From a virus: 20,812 bases of DNA. Position numbers and translations under genes: made by a program. Below, piece after piece: positions 14,905 to 20,723 of this stretch (positions are counted from its first letter, which is position 1; the number at the start of each line of letters is the position of its first letter). The notes below the pieces were generated by a model. The model was not told the DNA's origin, did no database searches, and was given only the letters and a program-made list of their open reading frames with translations. Location of the stretch: IMG/VR virus record IMGVR_UViG_3300020215_000677, one strand, 5' to 3'.

Positions 14905-15189
14905 CTCACGCATTCTCCCTAACGGTTGAAGGCGTGAGCATTCGCTTGAAAATGGCAATGCTCGTTTTCGGTCTGGCGACTGGCCGAAAGCTCTGCGCTT
15001 CGAAGCCTTGGCTTGCCGCACAGCAGCAACAATTGTTAGGAATTGTCGAGGGTCTGACGGGGCGAGCGGATTTGCTGCCCGGTTGATGGTGTAAACCCGG
15101 CCCTTGATCGGGCCGGGGCATGGCACGCCCCTGAGTTTCCAACCGTCGCGGATGCAAACGACCGCTTGTCCAGGGCGAAAGGCTGACAT
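14497..15189 (-). CDS. Uninterrupted 230-aa ORF, probably a chimera of a small phage gene 5' part with IR read-through and the passenger ORF
   Basis: ATG 15189 lies 9 nt after the stop of the upstream gene. Codons 1-50 (MSAFRPGQAVVCIRDGWKLRGVPCPGPIKGRVYTI...) lie outside the IR segment, codons 51-63 are encoded by IR-R, and the rest is interior sequence. Confidence 0.45.
   Translation of the reverse strand: MSAFRPGQAVVCIRDGWKLRGVPCPGPIKGRVYTINRAANPLAPSDPRQFLTIVAAVRQAKASKRRAFGQSPDRKRALPFSSECSRLQPLGRMREMGAPLVPGARGRFLPALIALAFSLSSPAAALDITARDRGGNVLEYIVRFCGAKPVRVFASCESACAAAALRCGACLGPGGSFKVHAPWGAGKGNAAAKAFYMRQLSPPVRRWVNSQGGLTSRMLTVPRRLTRSCS
15000..15039. repeat. Right 40-bp inverted repeat
   Basis: Reverse complement of 14443-14482, 40/40. 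Confidence 0.95.
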
Positions 15190-15198
15190 GACCCGCCC

Positions 15199-15933
15199 TC
15201 AAGCCGCCTGAGCCGCAACTAGGGTGCGGAGATTGCGCAGGACGCGGACAATGCTGTGGTCAATCTCGGGCGACCATGACGCGCCGCCTATTGCGCCATC
15301 CAGGTCCACGATTTCCGCTTGCGCGGCGATGCCCTGCAAGGTCGCGGCCTTCGTCCGCAGAATGCGCTTGAGCGAGCGCCACTGTTCCGAACACAGCCTT
15401 GACCACGCTTTCTCAAGGCGGTTATGCGCTGCCCAATTCCGTTTGTATGCGGCGTCCCGCTCATCAATTATGGCAATGAGCCGTTGCGCATGGGCGCGGC
15501 ATTCGTCAGTCGGCACAAACGCCACGCTGACGGGCTGACCGTTCTGGTAGGCTCCGCGACGGTTCAGCATGTTCAGCAGGCGCGCTTTCGTCCATGGCGC
15601 TCGCTCGTCAGGGAAGGTGTAAGGCGAGGCCCACAGGTTGCCGCGAATATTGATCTTCTCGAAAAGCTCGGGCGGCAGGGGCGGCTGTTGCGCCTCTCTC
15701 GCCTCTGCCTCTTTTGCAAGACGCGACAATTCCTTTTCGCCTTTGCGAATGACGCGCTGGCGTGCTTTCCACTGCCGGCATTGTGCCAGCAACTCGGCAT
15801 CGCCAGCGGTGAGCTGGCGAGCGGTGTTGCCTGCAATTGCGGCAACCGGGACCGAAGCGCCAGCCAATGCAACGGCGAGACCGCGCATCATGGACCGGCG
15901 AGACAAAGCGGGAGCGTTGGAAGAAACGCGCAT
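15199..15933 (-). CDS. Hypothetical protein with twin-arginine-like signal, 244 aa
   Basis: AAGGAGA lies 7 nt upstream of ATG 15933. The N-terminus MRVSSNAPALSRRSMMRGLAVALAGASVPVAA resembles a Tat signal (S-R-R-x-x-x-x-G-L followed by a hydrophobic stretch). The remainder is helical and charged. Confidence 0.8.
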   Translation of the reverse strand: MRVSSNAPALSRRSMMRGLAVALAGASVPVAAIAGNTARQLTAGDAELLAQCRQWKARQRVIRKGEKELSRLAKEAEAREAQQPPLPPELFEKINIRGNLWASPYTFPDERAPWTKARLLNMLNRRGAYQNGQPVSVAFVPTDECRAHAQRLIAIIDERDAAYKRNWAAHNRLEKAWSRLCSEQWRSLKRILRTKAATLQGIAAQAEIVDLDGAIGGASWSPEIDHSIVRVLRNLRTLVAAQAA

Positions 15934-16022
15934 AGTCGTTCTCCTTTGAAAGGATCAGGTTTCAGGGATTGCAGTCTGTCGGCGTGGGCGGCTTTGGCCC
16001 TCGGGCTAGGCGTTAACCTCCT

Positions 16023-16199
16023 TTACTTGCGGCACCGAAGGTCGCGCAGCCGGGCAAGCTCATCGGGCGAAAGGCGCGTCTTGCGCTCAAGCATCTCGAT
16101 TTCGCGCTCAGCTGGCGAAGCAGCCGCCCACGCGGCGGCATACTGTTCGATGTAGAGGGCGATTTCGGCCTTGCGTTCTTCTGCGGAAATGGTTTTCAT
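16023..16199 (-). CDS. Small hypothetical protein, 58 aa
   Basis: Taken from ATG 16199 (MKTISAEERKAEIALYIEQY...). It is the first gene leftward of the divergent promoter region. The 80-aa extension would cover the AT-rich promoter DNA. Confidence 0.5.
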   Translation of the reverse strand: MKTISAEERKAEIALYIEQYAAAWAAASPAEREIEMLERKTRLSPDELARLRDLRCRK

Positions 16200-16322
16200 C
16201 GCTAAACCCGTTTGTAAATTGCCTTCCACGGGTATAAATATGCTCTTTCTAGGTATTGGCGTCAACCCCTGTCGGGCATATTTTTACCTGTTTTTGGCAA
16301 TAACTTACTCTTTGGAGACCTT
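16200..16322. promoter_or_regulatory. Divergent promoter/operator region (candidate genetic switch)
   Basis: Plus strand: TTGTAA (16212-17), N17, TAAATA (16235-40). Minus strand: TTGACG (16265-60), N17, CATATT (16242-37). The two -10 hexamers overlap. An inverted 8-mer, aaatatgc (16236-43) / gcatattt (16276-83), is present, along with GTATTGg (16253-59) / GCAATAa (16297-303). Confidence 0.4.
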
Positions 16323-16559
16323 ATGGAAACAGCCGCGCAACTAAGAGCCGCAAGGGCAATGGCGAAGCTAACTAGGGCAGAGCTGGCCCAGGCGGCCGGC
16401 GTCTCGGAAGAAACCGTGAAGCGCCTAGAGGCGATCAACGGCCGAATCTCCGCCAACACTTCGACGGTCGCGGCCCTAGTGAAAGCCCTAGAGGCGAGGG
16501 GGGTTGTTTTCGTCCCTGAGAACGGCGGGCCGGCCGGCGTGCGCTTCCGGGGGGCTTGA
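16323..16559 (+). CDS. XRE-family helix-turn-helix transcriptional regulator, 78 aa
   Basis: GGAG lies 6 nt upstream of the ATG. LRAARAMAKLTRAELAQAAGVSEETVKRLE is a canonical XRE HTH. It is a paralogue of the ORF at 17615-17842. Confidence 0.85.
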   Translation: METAAQLRAARAMAKLTRAELAQAAGVSEETVKRLEAINGRISANTSTVAALVKALEARGVVFVPENGGPAGVRFRGA

Positions 16560-16657
16560 TGGACAGCGCTTGGGAGCCGAATGCCGTTTCCCGTTATAGC
16601 GGTTCACCAAGGACGGCGATTTGCCGTTTTTGTGGGCTCGGCTACCTCGGGGCGCTC

Positions 16658-16683
16658 CGCAGCCGCTGGCGGTGCGTTTTTTT
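16658..16683 (+). terminator. Rho-independent terminator candidate downstream of the plus-strand HTH gene
   Basis: cgca-g-ccg ctgg cgg-tgcg forms a 7-bp stem with one bulge, followed by T7 (16677-16683). Confidence 0.55.
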
Positions 16684-16773
16684 GCGGCCGGATTCCCTCA
16701 AAGACATTGCACCAGGGGCGAGCCCGCCCCATTGTCTTAGCGTCAACTCGGTTTGGAGCGAGGAAAGACACAC

Positions 16774-17166
16774 ATGCGCAGACTAAAAGCCAGGCTTCTG
16801 ACGGCGCTCGCCCTCTCCATCGCTGTACCAGCCAGCGCTCAAGAGCCGGCCTTTCCCAAGGACTGGCAAGGAATCTGGAACGACCAAGGGGAAAGGTGTT
16901 TGGCGAAAGACTTGGGAAATAATGACCGGCTGTTACAGATTTCAGGCCGAACGGCGCACTGGTATGAGTCTCAATGCGACCTCAAGGAAATAACGCCATC
17001 ACCCGAAGATCCGGGCGCATTGGATATTCGGCTCTTATGTGCCGGCGAGGGGTATGAGTGGACGGCGGCTGAGCTGTGGAAGCATGTGGCTGTTGACGGC
17101 AATAGGTTCCTTCTCGCGGCGAATCCCGAACGCAAGTCAGTCAGCCTTTATCGGCGCTGTGAGTGA
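16774..17166 (+). CDS. Exported small protein with Sec-type signal peptide, 130 aa, 4 Cys
   Basis: From ATG 16774, with AGGAAAG upstream. The signal peptide is MRRLKARLLTALALSIAVPASA-QE. The ORF-track start at 16753 is TTG. Confidence 0.75.
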   Translation: MRRLKARLLTALALSIAVPASAQEPAFPKDWQGIWNDQGERCLAKDLGNNDRLLQISGRTAHWYESQCDLKEITPSPEDPGALDIRLLCAGEGYEWTAAELWKHVAVDGNRFLLAANPERKSVSLYRRCE

Positions 17167-17237
17167 GAACGGACCCGACTTAGGATGGGGGGCAATCGCG
17201 ATCACTACGCCCTACGCGCGCGTATTGCTGACAAAAC

Positions 17238-17251
17238 CCCGTTGGAACGGG
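17238..17251 (-). terminator. Weak hairpin between convergent genes
   Basis: cccgtt-gg-aacggg; on the minus strand it is followed by GTTTTGT. The stem is short, so confidence is low. Confidence 0.25.
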
Positions 17252-17252
17252 A

Positions 17253-17510
17253 CTAACCGCTTGATTTTGCGGAGCCGCTTAAGACCATGGCCTTGATTTG
17301 CTCAGCCACGCGCACTGAATAGCCGAGATGCGAGGGGCCGGCCGTGTCGGCCAGATTCTTCAGCCTGTTAGCGGCCTCATCGAACGCGGTTTCAACCCAC
17401 GGTCTCATACTTGGGTTAGCGATCAGCAGGGCCTTGCAAATCTCAGCAAGGGCAAATTGCATTGCCAGCGTCTCGCCGGCGACGGAGCTTATTTCTTTGT
17501 TCATGTCCAT
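17253..17510 (-). CDS. Hypothetical protein, 85 aa
   Basis: AAGGTG lies 8 nt upstream of ATG 17510. No family recognised. Confidence 0.7.
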   Translation of the reverse strand: MDMNKEISSVAGETLAMQFALAEICKALLIANPSMRPWVETAFDEAANRLKNLADTAGPSHLGYSVRVAEQIKAMVLSGSAKSSG

Positions 17511-17539
17511 TTGTTTTCACCTTTCCCGCGCGCTCGCGC

Positions 17540-17588
17540 GTATTGCTCCGAAAACTGTGCCACAGGTACACTGCAATACCGTTTTCGG
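17540..17588. promoter_or_regulatory. Interleaved inverted repeats (candidate operators or RNA element) between HTH-75 and orf85
   Basis: GTATTGC (17540-46), t, CCGAAAAC (17548-55), 17 nt, GCAATAC (17573-79), c, GTTTTCGG (17581-88). Each block is the reverse complement of its partner, but the block order is not mirrored. Confidence 0.4.
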
Positions 17589-17614
17589 CCTGTAGAAACT
17601 GTTCCCCAAGTACA

Positions 17615-17842
17615 TTAGCCGGCGAGCCGCACGTATGGCGTCGGCCAAGCGTCGGCCAGGATGCCGCGCTTCTGAAGCGCCTCGCCTATGCGCGTCACTG
17701 TCATGCCGCCCAGCCGGTCCTCCATGCGCTCAAGCCGCTTGATCCCGTTCACATGGACGCCGGCAAGCTCTGCGAGCTGCGCTTGTGTCAGACCGGCCAT
17801 TGCGCGGGCCGCCGCGATGTGTCTTCCGTTTCTGAATGTCAT
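17615..17842 (-). CDS. XRE-family helix-turn-helix transcriptional regulator, 75 aa (paralogue of 16323-16559)
   Basis: AAGGGAG lies 9 nt upstream. IAAARAMAGLTQAQLAELAGVHVNGIKRLE aligns with the other regulator's HTH. Confidence 0.85.
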   Translation of the reverse strand: MTFRNGRHIAAARAMAGLTQAQLAELAGVHVNGIKRLERMEDRLGGMTVTRIGEALQKRGILADAWPTPYVRLAG

Positions 17843-17861
17843 GCCGTTTTGCTCCCTTTTC

Positions 17862-20465
17862 TCAAGCTGCTACTGGAATTGCCCCAGGCGGGGGCTCATA
17901 AGCGGTTACGTATTGCGGGTATTGCTGGCCCGGAACCTGGACGAAATAGCCGCGCAGGACTTCCTCTAAGCGGGCTTGCAGATTCTGAATGTCGCGGGGC
18001 GATTGCTTCTCTGCCCACTCTCTCACGGCGCGCTCACCCCCGGCTGTGCCGCCATCATAGGAATGGCCGTGGTCCGCGCCTTCGGTGTAGGGACCGCCTG
18101 GGTTGTTTCCGAGTCTCCCCTGCCGGCCCATTGCGCCAAGCTGTTGCAGGCCGTCGGTTGCGAGACCGGCACCGGGAACGCCCGTGGCAAGGCCCAGACC
18201 CGTGGTCAGAGCTGTTTCAGCGCCCCAACCTAGGTGAGCATCGCGCCTTGTGCCCGCTGGACGACCGGGAACGCTGAATGAATAGGACGGGTCCATGTAT
18301 GGCGATGGTCCATATACGCCCGGCTGCGGAGCGCCTGGGGCTAGACCATAGTTTCCGGCAACCGCTTGCGGCGGCTCGTCCGCAGGCGCACCGATCAGTG
18401 AGGAAACGCCGGAAGTGATGCCGCTTTGAATGCCGCTTATCACATTGCCGAGCGCGGCGTTGCCCATCTTGCCGATTTGCGATTTGGCGATGCTGCCAAT
18501 GATCGGCGCATTGATGAGGCCCTTGTTTTCTTCATACTGCCTCATCGCACTGCCCAAGCCCTCGAAGCCTGAAGCAATCGACTCACCGAAACTGCCAAGC
18601 GCTCGCCCAAAGGGTGAGTCTGCGAAATTCTCGGTTGAGACCGGCTCTGTGCGCCCCATTTGATCGGGAATTCCTTGCGCCACTTGCGGCGGCATATCCC
18701 CTGGCAAGTCAGGATTGAACGACATGCCCCCGGTCTGATTGCGCGGAAGCCCCGGATTGAAGGCCATGCCGCTGATCGGGTTCCTTGGGGGCGATGGATT
18801 GAACGCCATGCCCGAAATAGGGCTACGCGGAAGGCCGGGGTTGAAAGCCATCCCTGAAATGGGATTGCGAGGTAGGCCAGGCGTGAATGACATTCCCGAT
18901 GCCAGATTGTCGGGCAGGCCCGGGGTAAACGACATTCCGCCCGCTGGCTTGTTGGGCAGAGCTGGGTTGAAGGCCATGCCAGAGCTGGGGTTGCGCAGCT
19001 GTGCTTCGCTCACAGGTTCCGGCGCTCCAACTGCCGGAAATTGCCCCGAGACATTGGCAAAGCTGCGGCCAGGGTTCTGATAGCTTGGCCGCGCTGCAGG
19101 GAAGCCCTCCCAACCCGGTATTTCCGGCATGCCGGCAACCGTGCTGGCCGGCGTCGTCATGCCTCTTTGAGAGGGCGCTATGCCGTAGTTAGCCATAGCC
19201 GCGCCAGAGTAAGCTGGCGCGGGTGCGCCGGGATAAGCTCTAGGCGGATTTACCCCAAGGCCGGCCAGCACATTGCGCGTGGCTGCTGTCGAAGCAAGAT
19301 TGGGATCTTTCGGGCGAGGAGCGTTAGCCATAAGACCGCGCGGGTCAATTTCCGCCTCAATGCGGTCTTGCATCTTTGGCGAGCTGACAGCGGCGGAGAG
19401 TGACGGCGCAACACTGTTCCCCACCACAGCATCCCAATTAGGTTCTTGTCCAAATCCGCTTGCAATGGCATCTCTTTGCCATTGCGGGGCCGTGGCAAAA
19501 CTACCACCAGGCCCCCAATTCGTCGGTCCCGCTGGCGGCATTGAGCGCGTATCAACGTGCACCATGTTGGGATAATCCGCATAGGACGCACCGATGCCGC
19601 CGAAGCCTAATTGCGCAGCAAGCTCGGCAACTCTGGCTTTCTCGGCAACTCCGCCTGGTACACTCAAGTCAAAAGCATTGCCCTTTACATGCATACTGCC
19701 CGGTCTTCCGGGCCTAGGCGACATTGCGTCAGTTATCGCGATGGGCTTGCCGTATAAGCTCTGAAGATTCGAGATGCCCAGCAGCGCCCGCTCACGTTCG
19801 GCCTGAGTCACGCCCGGAGGGGCCTTGCCTAAAACTACATCGGGGTCAATTCGGTTGAAGCGCCGTGAGTCGCCAAACATGATACCGAATCCGGTATCCA
19901 TCTGGTGCCTTTTGCCGAACGCTGTACCCGCTTCGACTATAGCGCGGTCCATCTGATTGAGCTGATTAAGCAGCCCGCCCATTGACGGAGCGGGGCGGGT
20001 TGAGCCCAGCAAGCCGCCTGCATTTCGTGATTGAGTGACGGCCTTGGAGGGGCTGCTTAGGACAGTCCCGCCCGATGTATTCCGCACTCCACCAGCGCCG
20101 CCTGGACCGCTCTTAGGCCCAGCATTAGCCGCCGCTCGGGCTTGTGCAGCTTGAGCTGACGCAGCGCGTGACGTGTTGGAGGGACCGCCTCTGCTAGTGT
20201 TCCCCGTCGAAGCACTAGCGGCGCGACTATTAGCAGCGGCGGCGCTCGCGGCGCGCGAAGCATTGGACGGCCCAGCGCCCCCCCTGCTTGTGTTGCCAGT
20301 TGATGCGCCGGCCCGGCTATTTGCAGCGGCGGCGCTGCCAGCTCTTGAGGCATTCGAGGGACCGGCTCCGCCCTGGTTCTGTGAACCGCCAGGCGCACCA
20401 CTGGCGGCGGACTTGGTTGTCCCTGTGACTTTGTTTGTCCCCATATTTGGGGTGCCGCTGGGCAT
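17862..20465 (-). CDS. 867-aa multidomain virion-like protein with M15 (LAS-type) peptidoglycan peptidase motif and two internal repeat arrays
   Basis: AGGAGA lies 9 nt upstream of ATG 20465. SMHVKGNAFD (H259...D266) plus MVHVD (H303) match the Peptidase_M15_3 zinc-ligand pattern S-x-H-x-x-G-x-A-x-D ... H-x-D, at roughly 19536-19853. The C-terminus is Gly-rich (GSIAKSQIGKMGNAALGNVISGIQSGITSGVSSLIG). Confidence 0.85.
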   Translation of the reverse strand: MPSGTPNMGTNKVTGTTKSAASGAPGGSQNQGGAGPSNASRAGSAAAANSRAGASTGNTSRGGAGPSNASRAASAAAANSRAASASTGNTSRGGPSNTSRAASAQAAQARAAANAGPKSGPGGAGGVRNTSGGTVLSSPSKAVTQSRNAGGLLGSTRPAPSMGGLLNQLNQMDRAIVEAGTAFGKRHQMDTGFGIMFGDSRRFNRIDPDVVLGKAPPGVTQAERERALLGISNLQSLYGKPIAITDAMSPRPGRPGSMHVKGNAFDLSVPGGVAEKARVAELAAQLGFGGIGASYADYPNMVHVDTRSMPPAGPTNWGPGGSFATAPQWQRDAIASGFGQEPNWDAVVGNSVAPSLSAAVSSPKMQDRIEAEIDPRGLMANAPRPKDPNLASTAATRNVLAGLGVNPPRAYPGAPAPAYSGAAMANYGIAPSQRGMTTPASTVAGMPEIPGWEGFPAARPSYQNPGRSFANVSGQFPAVGAPEPVSEAQLRNPSSGMAFNPALPNKPAGGMSFTPGLPDNLASGMSFTPGLPRNPISGMAFNPGLPRSPISGMAFNPSPPRNPISGMAFNPGLPRNQTGGMSFNPDLPGDMPPQVAQGIPDQMGRTEPVSTENFADSPFGRALGSFGESIASGFEGLGSAMRQYEENKGLINAPIIGSIAKSQIGKMGNAALGNVISGIQSGITSGVSSLIGAPADEPPQAVAGNYGLAPGAPQPGVYGPSPYMDPSYSFSVPGRPAGTRRDAHLGWGAETALTTGLGLATGVPGAGLATDGLQQLGAMGRQGRLGNNPGGPYTEGADHGHSYDGGTAGGERAVREWAEKQSPRDIQNLQARLEEVLRGYFVQVPGQQYPQYVTAYEPPPGAIPVAA
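18690..18983 (-). repeat. Seven in-frame 42-bp tandem repeats (14-aa unit SGM(A/S)F(N/T)PGLPRNPI)
   Basis: The (T/G)T(G/A)AA landmarks sit at 18715, 18757, 18799, 18841, 18883, 18925 and 18967, an exact 42-nt period. The units are diverged at the DNA level. Confidence 0.9.
20136..20372 (-). repeat. About 2.5 copies of a 90-93-bp in-frame repeat (GGAGPSNASRA(G/A)SAAAANSRA(G)ASTGNTSR)
   Basis: Residues 32-61, 62-92 and 93 to about 110 of the 867-aa protein form a low-complexity Ala/Ser/Gly/Asn region. Confidence 0.8.
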
Positions 20466-20477
20466 TGTGTTTCTCTC

Positions 20478-20723
20478 CTAAACTGGAATTGGCTGAAGCA
20501 TCTGCCGCAGCGCCCTTAAAGCGTCACGCTGCAAGATGGCCTCTTGTGTGTAGTGACCGTGGCGATAAGCGCCGTTTGCCGCTCCCTTCGGAGCGCCGCC
20601 GCGTGCGCCATGGACTCGGCAGACTCGAAAGCCTCTCACTGCAGGGGCCTGGCAACGCTTCCCCGTTCGCTTTGACGTGGCGTGGCAGCGTGGTGCTTTT
20701 GTCAGTCGATCGGTAGGGTTCAT
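20478..20723 (-). CDS. Small Cys/His-rich HGG-motif protein, 81 aa
   Basis: ...CHATSKRTGKRCQAPAVRGFRVCRVHGARGGAPKGAANGAYRHGHYT resembles the C-x-n-C ... C-R-x-HGG-x-x-GAP-x-G-N-x-N-A-x-x-HG-x-YT small proteins seen in proteobacterial phages and plasmids. The ATG is ATGA-coupled to the 228-aa ORF. The ORF spans the start of the terminal duplication. Confidence 0.7.
   Translation of the reverse strand: MNPTDRLTKAPRCHATSKRTGKRCQAPAVRGFRVCRVHGARGGAPKGAANGAYRHGHYTQEAILQRDALRALRQMLQPIPV

Larger units (their letters stand above)
14443..15039. mobile_element. 597-bp segment bounded by perfect 40-bp inverted repeats (MITE/MIC-like insertion or invertible segment)
   Basis: IR-L at 14443-14482 (ctaacaattgttgctgctgtgcggcaagccaaggcttcga) is the exact reverse complement of IR-R at 15000-15039. 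gaa flanks both sides (14440-42 and 15040-42). There is no transposase or invertase inside. Confidence 0.7.

Noticed and set aside
16559-16786. 75-aa plus-strand ORF starting at the TGATG junction after the XRE gene.
   Set aside because: The product is Cys/Trp/Arg-rich and looks non-protein-like. It reads straight through the hairpin plus T7 terminator (16658-16683) and overlaps the next gene's SD and start.
18690-18983. Periodic 42-bp repeats as a possible CRISPR array or non-coding satellite.
   Set aside because: There are no unique spacers. The whole array is in frame within the 867-aa ORF, and the units vary in a codon-wise, conservative manner. It is a protein repeat.
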